This document shows positions 23,801 to 33,934 of a stretch of DNA of 34,841 bases, piece by piece. Position 1 is the stretch's first letter. Every line of letters begins with the position of its first letter. The notes under the pieces were generated by a model. That model did no database searches. It was given only the letters and a program-made list of their open reading frames with translations, and was not told the DNA's origin. Source of the stretch: Folioceros fuciformis (taxonomy: Eukaryota); the NCBI GenBank assembly GCA_049999805.1, contig JBNGIO010006249.1, positions 339,140 to 373,980 of the forward strand, read 5' to 3'. The position numbers and the translations under genes are program-made.

Positions 23801-24646
23801 CGCCTGGATTCCGCATGCAGGTGACTTATGTACATCGGTTTGCGACGAGCGATTTGGAAACAAACAATGAGTGCATACACCAGGGATGGAAAGTATGAAA
23901 ATGATGAGCCGTCAAGCTGAGCCAAACCACTAGTCTGCTCGTTTCACGACCCATTCAGTATGTTACCAGAAGTGAAATGTGACGACATTAGAAAATACCG
24001 TCCCTCCAAAAATGCAAGCGAACGCATCACACGACAGGAAAACACCGCTCGTGATATCAATATTCTCCGTAAATACGAAAAAAGGAATTTCCTATTTTAC
24101 TATAGAATACCGATATACAGTATACGCTTCCGTATTTTTAGCCTAATGGACATGACGGTATGTGTGCGGCTGTCAGGGCATCCCATCTGGCCATCACCAG
24201 ACAAAGATTCCTTTTCTTTCTAACACATCGAAAACTTCACGTTTTTTTCTCTGATACGATCTCATTATGATTTTTTGGTTTCGAGGACACATGAAACCCT
24301 AAAATACGTATGTATACGAGGGATACTATTCGTATACAACGAAAACCTAATCATGTGCCGTATATCCGTATCGGTATTCGGTAAACCATGTCCTTCACAT
24401 TGAGTTGAGATTTGGCAAGATACTCACGAACATACGCAGTAAAATGTGTCCAATAAAATTTCGAATAATCCGACGTCTGTCATCCAATTTCTTACACCTA
24501 CCTTCGTAGGTACATTGGCATTGTCGTGATCGCATTCGAGCTGCCGGATCGGCCTGATCGTAAGGAGCCCCGTGTGGTGTGGGCAAATACGTTCGTGGAC
24601 ATTCTGGAATAGTCTGGTCTTTGCACAGCGGGCAGGATCTGGATCG

Positions 24647-27331
24647 ATGGCTACTGTATGGCAACGGGATCCTGGGTTTAGGACCCAACAACTTGGTGTG
24701 TGTAAAGGGATTCTACCAGGAGTTCCTCTTCACATCATTGTAGGGAGTCAGCCGGTGGCAACCAAATTTTCCAGGTGCAGTAGTGAAAGGAGCTCAGCAC
24801 TTCCAGTTTCTAGAGAAGGTGTGGCTGTGGACGGGGTTGCCAGCAATGGTCGTTGCCAGGAGCAGGAGCACTTGTGGCAGCAGTTTTTTCTGGAGCCTAC
24901 CATGTGGTGGGACAATAGACGAGATAAGAAGAGCCCCCGTTCGCCTGATTTCCGGCGGAAGGGGTCCGGCGAGGTGCTGTGGTTAAACAGCATGTTTAAG
25001 CCAGCGTGGGTTGATGGAGAGCTCGTTTCCTTGGATATGCAGATGGATCATGGGTCCCCTCCACCCCAATCCAGCTCTCCGAGTGAGCCTGGTAGGCGTG
25101 CAGGATGGAACATGGGTTTGACAACCGTGAGCGCATTATGTGAGCAGGGGAAGCTTTCTGAGGCTGTTGGAGTCCTGGAATCTGTGGGGCAGACGGATCC
25201 TGCTGTTTCCCAGACTGTGTTTTGCACTGTGCTGAAATTGTGTACAGCTAAGAAGGATCTGGTTGTGGGGCGACGAGTTCATGAACTTATTGTCAAACTT
25301 GGGTACGAGTCGAATGCTTACCTGGGGAATCATATTCTGCGCATGTATGCAGGTGGAGGTAGGCTAGAGGAGGCCATGGATGTGTTCACCAGGGTAGGCA
25401 AACCCGATGTTATCACGTGGGGTTCTATCATCTCTGCGCATGCTAAGCATGGGAAGCCTAAAGAGGCTATACAACTGTACCATGAGATGTGTAGGTCAGG
25501 AGTGCAGGCGAATGGTCATGTCTTTGTAGCTGCCCTTCAAGCCTGTACATTTGCTGCGGACTTGGAGTCCGGCAGGAAAGTGCACTTCGACGTGTTGCAG
25601 GGTGGCAATCCCACGAACTTGTTTGTTGACAACTGCCTGGTGGACATGTACGCAAAGTGTGGCGCACTGAAAGATGCACGCCAAGTCTTTGACAGCATGG
25701 CCACAAAGGACGTGGTAACATGGAATGCCCTGATATCTGGTTATATAAAATGTGGTGAGCTGAAAATGTCACACCACATTTTTGACAGCATGAAGGTGAA
25801 GAATGTGGTGACATGGACCGCTCTGATTTCGGGATATTCACAGCAAGGATTCGGCCATGAAGCGCTTGATGTGTATGAACAAATGGAACAAGAAGGCCAC
25901 ATTTTGGCTAACCATGTGACTTTTGCTTGCCTTCTGAAGGCCTGTGCAAGCACTGGTGCCTTGCAGAAGGGCAGGCAGCTACACTCACTGATTGTGGAAA
26001 GAGGACTGTTGGATAACGTGGTGTTGGGCAACTGCTTGGTGGACATGTATGCGAAATGTGGCAAACTCGAAGATGCACGCCAGGTGTTTGACAACATGAC
26101 CACAAAGGATGTGGTAACATGGACAACCCTGATTGCTGGCTATGCACAGCAAGGACTCGGCCAAGAGGCGCTTGTCGTGTATGGACAAATGGGGGAGGCG
26201 GGTCTCATGTTGGCTGACGACGTTACTTTGGCTTGCCTTCTGAAGGCCTGTGGGAGCAGCGGTGCCTTACAGAAGGGCAGGGAGCTGCACTCACAGATTG
26301 TGGGAAGAGGACTGCTGGATGACAGAGTGTTGGGCAACTGCCTGGTGGACATGTATGCAAAATGCGGTCAACCCGAAGAGGCACGCCAGGTTTTTGACAG
26401 CATGAACACAAAGGATGTGGTGACATGGACTGCCCTGATATCCGGGTATGGTGCTTGTGATGATGGTCACAGGGCACTAGCCTGTTTTGAGGAGATGTTA
26501 AGTGCTGGCATTCAGCCTGATGGTGCTACTTTTACTTGTATTCTAGTGGCATGCAGTCATGAGGGACTGGTCCACGAGGGTCGCAAGCACTTTGATTCAA
26601 TGGCTGAACAGCATGGCATTAACCCTTCTCTTGAGCATTACAATTGCATGATTGATCTTTTTGGGCGTGCAGGGCAATTAGATGAGGCAGAGAAGATGCT
26701 ACTATCATGCGGGGACCAATGTAATGTTGTGGGATTGACGACTTTGCTGAATGCCTGCAAAAGTCATGGAAATATAGAGAAGGCCATGTGGTGTTTTGAA
26801 AGCATTGTTAGGCTGGACCCCCAGTGGGCGCCTGCCTATGTGCTCATGGCCAATGCCTATGCAGATGCAGGTAGGTGGACGGATGTAGAGAGGGTTGAAA
26901 CACAGAGAAGGCTAGCTGGAGCTAACAAGAAACCTGCAGTGGCGACCATTGAGGTGAATCAGGAGGTACATAAATTTATGGTTGGGGAAAGGAGAGAGGA
27001 TATTGCTCTCAAGGTAGAGAGCACGAATGCACGTGTGAAGCAGGAAGGGGGCCACGTACCTCACACAAAGCTGGTGTTGAAGCCAGTGCATGAGGAGGAG
27101 AAGGAAGATGCGCTTTGTGGGCATGCTGAGAAGCTAGCACTGGCGTTTGGTCTCTTGAACACTCCGAGTGGCACACCTCTGGTGGTAACGAAGAATTTAC
27201 GCATGTGCAGTGACTGCCACAGTTCCACAGAGATCATGTCCAGGCTTGAAGAGAGAGACATTGTTGTAAGGGATGGGTATCGTGTGCATCGATTCACAGC
27301 CGGGTCTTGCAGTTGTAAGGGTCGACCATGA
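24647..27331 (+). CDS. PLS-class PPR RNA-editing factor (894 aa): N-terminal OSB-type PDF motif, 15 P/L/S repeats plus one degenerate P-like repeat, E1-E2, and a DYW:KP (GRP-type) deaminase-like domain
   Basis: Uninterrupted ORF from ATG 24647. Array L1-S1-P1-L1-S1-SS-P1-L1-S1-P1-L1-S1-P2-L2-S2-E1-E2. Deaminase motifs KKPAVATIEV, LCGHAEKLALAFGL, KNLRMCSDCH and HRFTAGSCSCKGRP-stop. Probable 5'UTR intron at 24560-24628. Confidence 0.96.
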   Translation: MATVWQRDPGFRTQQLGVCKGILPGVPLHIIVGSQPVATKFSRCSSERSSALPVSREGVAVDGVASNGRCQEQEHLWQQFFLEPTMWWDNRRDKKSPRSPDFRRKGSGEVLWLNSMFKPAWVDGELVSLDMQMDHGSPPPQSSSPSEPGRRAGWNMGLTTVSALCEQGKLSEAVGVLESVGQTDPAVSQTVFCTVLKLCTAKKDLVVGRRVHELIVKLGYESNAYLGNHILRMYAGGGRLEEAMDVFTRVGKPDVITWGSIISAHAKHGKPKEAIQLYHEMCRSGVQANGHVFVAALQACTFAADLESGRKVHFDVLQGGNPTNLFVDNCLVDMYAKCGALKDARQVFDSMATKDVVTWNALISGYIKCGELKMSHHIFDSMKVKNVVTWTALISGYSQQGFGHEALDVYEQMEQEGHILANHVTFACLLKACASTGALQKGRQLHSLIVERGLLDNVVLGNCLVDMYAKCGKLEDARQVFDNMTTKDVVTWTTLIAGYAQQGLGQEALVVYGQMGEAGLMLADDVTLACLLKACGSSGALQKGRELHSQIVGRGLLDDRVLGNCLVDMYAKCGQPEEARQVFDSMNTKDVVTWTALISGYGACDDGHRALACFEEMLSAGIQPDGATFTCILVACSHEGLVHEGRKHFDSMAEQHGINPSLEHYNCMIDLFGRAGQLDEAEKMLLSCGDQCNVVGLTTLLNACKSHGNIEKAMWCFESIVRLDPQWAPAYVLMANAYADAGRWTDVERVETQRRLAGANKKPAVATIEVNQEVHKFMVGERREDIALKVESTNARVKQEGGHVPHTKLVLKPVHEEEKEDALCGHAEKLALAFGLLNTPSGTPLVVTKNLRMCSDCHSSTEIMSRLEERDIVVRDGYRVHRFTAGSCSCKGRP

Positions 27332-28381
27332 GAACAAGCCAGTATGCACTCCGCAACGAATTCGCTTGTTGTGCCCTCTCAACGTTAAGACTGCAGTAGT
27401 TCTGTCTTCCCATAGATCAGAGGCTAAGTGAGTGGTGGATCGTTCCCCCTGTGTCACCTGACACTACGTGGACGAGTGGCTGGAAGAGAAACTTGCTGCA
27501 GAGATGCATGTGTTTTGCTGCACCAAACGAACCTAACTCTCGCTCCACTTGAGGACGATGAATATCTACCTCGTTGCAGCAGAAAGAGTCGCTGGTCGTT
27601 TGTCACCAATTTTTGTCTCCCGATTTGGAGCAGTGGCGGGCAAGGCCACCGCCCCACAGCCTGTCATTGTAGATTTGCGCAGCCTTGCAATCTAATTTCG
27701 TTTAAGCGTGGAGGGAGGCATTGACTTGGAGGAGGGTAATCCAGGATGCTGGATCCCTCAAGGTACTGCAACTGTGGATGTAAGACTGAAGGAGCTCCTC
27801 TGAGGATCCTCCAATGGAGACTGGTGAGGATCACATTGCAGAGTCCTTTGGCGATCGTGGAGACTTCAGAAGATCAGCAATTTGTATCTTAAATGGTGGA
27901 CAGCTTCAAGAGTCGACGAAGTTCTTTGCTTCCGGCGTGAGTTCCTGAAGTTTGAGTCGCTAACACGTTCTAGAACACGACTTCAGATTCTTACAATAAA
28001 GCTGCATGTCCTCTTCTTATTAAAACAGGTTATATATATAGCAATATTCATATGCTGGAGGGGTTTATGAAAAACTAGTGGAGGAAGACTATATATGCAT
28101 CACAATATGGGATATATTAGTATTGTTTGAATATGAGATATTTGAAGTGAGAGGACAATGATTCAAATTAAGATCCTTGCAAGCTGGATTTTATTATCTT
28201 ATTTTAAGTACTAGGTGAAAACATACTTTGTCACACTAAAGGGTTTAGGGTTTAGTGTTTACTGTTTAGGGTCTAGCATAGTCCATAGATGTCCTTCCAT
28301 ATATCAAATTATAGCTTCTTTTCTTCTTTCTCCTTTTTTTTTCCAAGGAAACCATTTTAATCTTAGACGTGGAACTTGGAA

Positions 28382-29056
28382 ATGGGCACTTCTGCTACTT
28401 TGTCTACGAATTGCAAACAAGAAGAACAACTGATTGAAGAAGGTTGGCAAATCTTAGAGTATGAAGGCCATATTGAGAACCCACTTTACACGAATTTGAA
28501 ACAGCCAATTGCAGATGGAAATGCAAGTCACAATGAAGGGAATGAGATAGATGCAGTTGTGAAAGTTGATCAATACAAATATGGCATGTCAGTTATCCAC
28601 ACAACTTACAACAAAAAAAGTAAGGATTCGGAGAAATGTGAGGAAAGTGATTTAGAATTCCATCAGATTCAAGACATTGAAAAAGAGTTATGTGAATCTG
28701 TTATCCAACACAAATCAAATAATGGTTATTTCATATTTTACGTGTCACCTCCAACACCAAACATGCAACTGATATATTTTATATCTATACCTCAAACTTG
28801 CTAGATGACTGTAGATACTATAGATGATTGTAAAATTGTAGTGTTGCGTGAAGAAGACATTGTGTTAATGTTCATGTCCTCTTTGGTTGAAACTTGTTCA
28901 ATTTATTTGGAATCCCCTCCTCCAAGACATGTTATATATTTATGCCCTTGTTGTAAACATCCATTTCACATAGAGTGTGTCTCAAGATGGTCGTATTACA
29001 ATACCTCATGTCCACTTTGTAGGACTGATATTGATCAACCTACTTATGAAGAGTGA
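28382..29056 (+). pseudogene. Intronless AT-rich RING-H2 zinc-finger pseudogene
   Basis: CSIYLE...CKHPFHIECVSRW...SCPLCR has the second Zn ligand changed from Cys to Tyr (TAT). An in-frame TAG at 28802-28804 splits the single reading frame. Confidence 0.7.
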
Positions 29057-29761
29057 TATGAAGGAAAAAAACAAGGGTGATATGAAAAAGAAACATTATG
29101 GGAAGCTTTGATGTACCTAACGTTGTAGTAAACCAATCATGGTTTTCAAGTCTTTTTTAAATATAATGAAGTCTTCCATTTCTGAACCCTAAACTCGAGG
29201 TCTTTTTTTTGAAGTATTAAGGATAGATAACCAGAGCAACTACACATTTGTCCAAGAATTTTGTAGCTCAATAGTCCTTGTTGTCTAGGGTGTGAGGAAT
29301 AATTTTGCAATTCAGTAGCCCTTGCTATTTAGTGTGTGTCAAATTAACTAATATGTATTAAGAAAAAGTGTACCAACACTTTATAAAGAAAAAATAGGAC
29401 AAATCGTGCTCTAAGTGTTGGATGAGGCATTGGTTACAATAGAATCATAAACAACAGCAAGCTTTCCTACCCTTAGAGGTTAGATTCATACTAGGCTTGG
29501 GCAGACTTAAAATCATATATAATTAATATCATTGAGTCCTCTAAGGAGTCCTTGAAATCACAAATTTTATTATGGTAAAGATACAAAATTTAAACTTGTC
29601 TGGTTTGAACTCTAGACCTATGATTAATTAGGGAGAAAAAATACCATCCCTGTTGAGTTTTTTTAAAAAGTAGATTATTTTCTATTATTGAAAAAGAGAT
29701 GGAACGTTCCATTACTCCAAAGATTGGAGGAGCAACCCAAGCAAGGTTTAGGGTCCACGGC

Positions 29762-30058
29762 TAGTGGTGAGGGGGACGAATCCACAAGTTCTGCTAGCAT
29801 GGGAGGTTTTTCCTTCTCCCTTATATCCTGAGCTACCCGCCATGTTCCGAAATTTGAGGGTGTCTGAGATAACTTCCCAGTTGAGATCCCCATGGTGATA
29901 AGGTGGGAAGTATGTGCGAGAAGCTCCTAGGGGTGGTTGAGAGCGTTGTTCCGCAGCTGGTGGTGAGCGGGACGAATTCGCAAGTTCTGCTAGCATGGGA
30001 GAGGTTTTTCCCTCTCCCTTGTTCCCTAAGCTACCTATCGTGTTCTGAAATCTTGAGT
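29762..30058. repeat. Pair of ~97-bp diverged direct repeats
   Basis: GTGGTGAG.GGGACGAAT.C.CAAGTTCTGCTAGCATGGGAG...GTTTTTCC.TCTCCCTT at ~29764 and ~29960. Confidence 0.8.
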
Positions 30059-30698
30059 TTGGAAATGAATGTGTGAAGACGAAGGGGTGAGTAAGGAGAG
30101 TGTGTATGTGTGAGTGAGTTGAGGAGAAAAGAAGGAAAGAAGTGTGGCCAAGCACTGAACGCGACGCAAGGTGTGAGCTAGGTAACTGAGATTAAGAGGA
30201 AGAACTAACTGGAAAACTATATAAGATTGCTAAGAGATCGGAGATGTTTGCTGAAAGATTGCTGGAGATTGAGGATGATTTCTAGAAGATTTTTCAGAAA
30301 TTTCTAGACATTTGAAGATTGTTGGAGAATGGAGGAGATTGTGGAGGATTGCTGAGAGATTGCTGGAGATTTTTGGACATTGCTAGAGGATTGGAGACAT
30401 TTGGAACTAGGCCTGTGAGAAACGAGTGTGAACCAGAGTTCTCGTGTGTGTTTACATTTGTAGAGAATCTTGCATGTGTGTGTGGGGGAGTGTGGCTGAT
30501 CCGCTGTATCTTGTTTGCCAAAGAAAAGAAAAAAAAATTCGCGAAGAAAAGATATGATTATTCGCAATTTAGGCTATACCAACGGCATATCAATTGCGTC
30601 CACAACTGAATACCTTAGCCTGGACTCAAAATCTAAGCTGCAGAAGCAAGCACAGCTGGACTGCCCTATGATCAAGAGACACCCAGCCCTTATGAGAC

Positions 30699-32560
30699 TT
30701 ATCTGCCCCACGGGCAGGAGTACTCCCATTGGTCATTGTGCCGGAGGAAGCCTGCAAGTATCCACTCTCTCCGCCTGAACTTAGAGTGAGTGGACGTTCG
30801 AATACTTTCCGCGACCACAAGTACATGCTCCCAGATGCGCCATAGCAAAGCTTTCATAGCGGCCGGCTCACTCCCACCATATACCATTGCTGTCCAGTTT
30901 TGCCACAAGGAAAACAATAATAGGGACCAAACCACTCCCCACCATTGGAATTTGAGAAGTGGCCTCCCTACCTGTCTGTTCAGCCCAAATAAGGCAACTT
31001 GCTCAGTAACCAAGCTGGCTCTCTCCAGGAGAAGTCTCTGTAGCCACCTACCGACTTCGTTCCAAATACCCTGCGCATACTCGCAATGAAAGAAAATATG
31101 TTGGCTTTTATGCAGAGCGCCAACGTTGCATAGCCTGCAGCATTCCTCCCCCATGGCCACCAATAGCCCGTCCCAACGGTCTGCGTTAGGCAAGCAAGCT
31201 TGGAAAAAACACCAGATGGTAACCCTCACCTTAGGGGGGATCCCTAGGGTCGACCACAAGAGTTTGATCGTTTCCTTTTGCCGACGCTGGGAGAGCTGCA
31301 ACCCAGGAGCTAGTTGACATCGCCGAGGACCTTTTTGCGCTCGCACCAATCGAATGTACACGGTTGCCGACGGAAAATTGAAGAGTGACTTCCAAGTGGC
31401 CTGCTTACTTCTTGCGCTCCCAGGCCACATATATAGGTCGGGGCGTATCACTAACTCCCAATTCTCCTTCAAGCGAAACCATCATCCTACAGGACGCTGT
31501 TGCATGATCTGTTTCCGGTTGCCTTGCTCTTCCTGGGTAAGCCAAAAACCGGCTCGTCTAGCCTTGTACAGTATGGTAATCCCTCTGAGGGTGGCTCCAC
31601 CCATCGCGCCTTCAGCTCTATCTTTTTCCTCCAGCAGCCCTTCTATGTTTAGCGTCCTATAAGATAGGGTTCCTTCCTCATCTGTCCTTGATGTCACTAG
31701 CACCGCTCTGTCAAAATCTGGGAGGGGCTCGTCCTGCTCCTGGTCGGAGCCACCTGCTCTATTGTCCACGGGGTAAGCTCCCCACATATTGATGCCAACC
31801 TAAGCTTCCTGTAGCAGCGTTAGCTTCACATCCTCGGCCATCCCTTCCTGGAGCCAGGCAAGCATAAGTCTAACGTGTCGAACAGGGATCCCAAACTCTT
31901 CCCACGTCTCCTCCACTGATTTCCAACCAACCTCTCTATGGTTCCATAGGTGTCCGAGCTGCACAGAGCCGCTCCTGCTAGCGGAACCAAAGATTGAGAC
32001 TGGTTCACTCGGGGAAGGAAGTTCTGAGACCACAGCCCTTAAAACCTTGGAGAGGGAGCCCTAGCACATCGTCCCTATTCCTGGGCTTGGCATAGATAAG
32101 AAAGGTTTTCACCTCCAGAAAACTGCGCCAGATTGAAGCAAAAAGAGGGGAGCAATTCCTGGTATCCAACAGGGGCCTATCCGCCAGGAGGTTGTCCATA
32201 GACCTCCGCTCCCGGGCGACCGCTTGAGAAAGCTGCAAGTGTTGGGTTAACCAGCTTTTCCAAGGGTATCCCGTTGGTCCAGCTGCCTTCAGCACCCATT
32301 ACGCATGTACGATCTTCACTTTGCTTGTGGGGTCAACCAACCCTAGACCCCCCAAGCGCTTGCACTGAATAATATGATGCCACGCCACCTGATGGGAAGA
32401 AGAGAGCAGCTCCTTAGACTTGCTCCATAGGAAGTTGGAAATTACTTGTTGCAATTGTCTCAGATCCGCCTTGTTAAGAGCCTCTTTCCCAAAGATTGGC
32501 ATTTGCATGTGTGGAAAGCATCCAATAAGACTAGATCTGTGAGTCTGGAAGCTCTTGGAG
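30699..32560 (-). mobile_element. Degenerate L1-type LINE ORF2 3' portion (post-RT region and zf-RVT)
   Basis: ISNFLWSK...VAWHHIIQCKRLGGLGLVD and LLWSTLGIPPKVRVTIW...LP...CRLC...HIFFHCEYAQGIW (zf-RVT). Broken by stops and frameshifts. No RT core seen. Confidence 0.88.
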
Positions 32561-33934
32561 CAGAAACCCATGGTAGAAACCTTCAGCGGCGTCGGCGCCG
32601 GGAAAATATTAGTTAGGGTTTTGGGTGGGACCCACCACGGTCGTGGAAACAACTACCAGTCGCGGAGCCAGCAACCGTCGTCGCAGAGTAGGAACCGGAG
32701 ACGTAGGGTAAGGTACGGGGTAGCTGGGCTAACTGGGAGTAGTGGTAGTGAGCGGTTAGGTAGTAGAAGCGGTAATAGGTGAGGCCTAACTTAAATAAGG
32801 GTCAGTAGTGATAGAAGTTAGTGTTACTTGGCACAAATCATTCCCTTGGAAGCGAATCATATGACTACAATGACATAGAGGGTGAATATGGACCTCACAA
32901 TGTCTTCGGACATAAGATTTCACTCCACACCTTCCACCACTAGTAATGTTGGAAAACTCTAGTGTAGACAAGCAAGACCCGGTTGGATTGCTCCATGCTA
33001 GGCAATTGCGAATGCTCTAGTGTGCCTTTCGCTTGCCATGACCCCTTGGTCCCTACAGGATTTAATGAAACGAGGTAAGGTGCCTAAACGTCCAAACATG
33101 GTGTTAGGCAAGCTGTTCTTCAACTTGTTGTGTCCTTCGGTTTTGTGCAACTTTGAGCCGCCGCATATCAAGACAGTGGATTAATTTTGCTGGAAAAGGA
33201 TGAAAAGTGATTTAATTAGATTTTTTTTCCTTCCTTTTTGTTCCCTTTTCGACATGTGGGGAAACCTTCCAATAAGAAATGAGAGTTGTTCGAGATGTGG
33301 ATAAAGGTTTGGAAGCCAAACTTATGGGTGCATAGACTTAGTATCGAACATTAGGGTCAATTTGAGGCTCGAGGTTAGTTTGAGGGTTGGTTTGGCAGCA
33401 AGTTTGGTGGAAGGCCAAGAGACTCTCTTCAGGCTGAACTCAAGGGGCAGTGAGAGTCGAGAAATACACAAACTAGGCCAACGGTAGCTACCTACAAGAG
33501 AAGGAGGCCACTCTTGGAAGCGAGCTGCAAGAGGTAGAGCGCGTGGGACATGAAGGAAAAAGAAAAACTCCCTAACCTTAGATGGTCACTCCTTCAACAT
33601 TGACCACATAGTGATCAATTGTTTAATGGAATATTATGCCTTCAAGTATTTGTTCTTTATTTTCTAATGAATGTGGACCACATTCAGATTAGAGTGCCCT
33701 TAGATAAAAAATGTGTAGTTCTCTCTATCTTGACATCATTGCATGTTCTACAAATATGTCTTTCGATTATTATCATGTAATGTATACACATAAAAAACAG
33801 AAATAACTCATTTTGCCTTACAAGCTATATACTTTTGGTAAAAAAAAAGGTATTGAACTATTCTTGCTTGAAAAAGGATACTAAAAAGGACCATGCATTA
33901 GCATTTTCTAATATAAACACAATTATGAGAATTT

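Noticed and set aside
24572-24646. GTG start for a 919-aa PPR protein as given in the ORF track
   Set aside because: This is a nuclear gene, and the GTG lies in a probable 5'UTR intron (24560-24628). ATG 24647 with ATGGC context is preferred.
8-27331. Functional cluster of organelle-targeted genes (EMB1703, FLVB, PPR)
   Set aside because: They share no pathway and are separated by transposon blocks; such genes are common enough to co-occur by chance.
28802-28804. In-frame TAG repaired by U-to-C editing from the neighbouring PPR protein
   Set aside because: Plant PPR editing acts on organellar transcripts. The RING also lacks a Zn ligand, so ordinary decay explains the stop.
30180-30440. GAGATTGCTGGAGATT-type degenerate repeats as a defined LTR or regulatory array
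   Set aside because: No paired LTR, PBS or clear boundaries could be established from this window.
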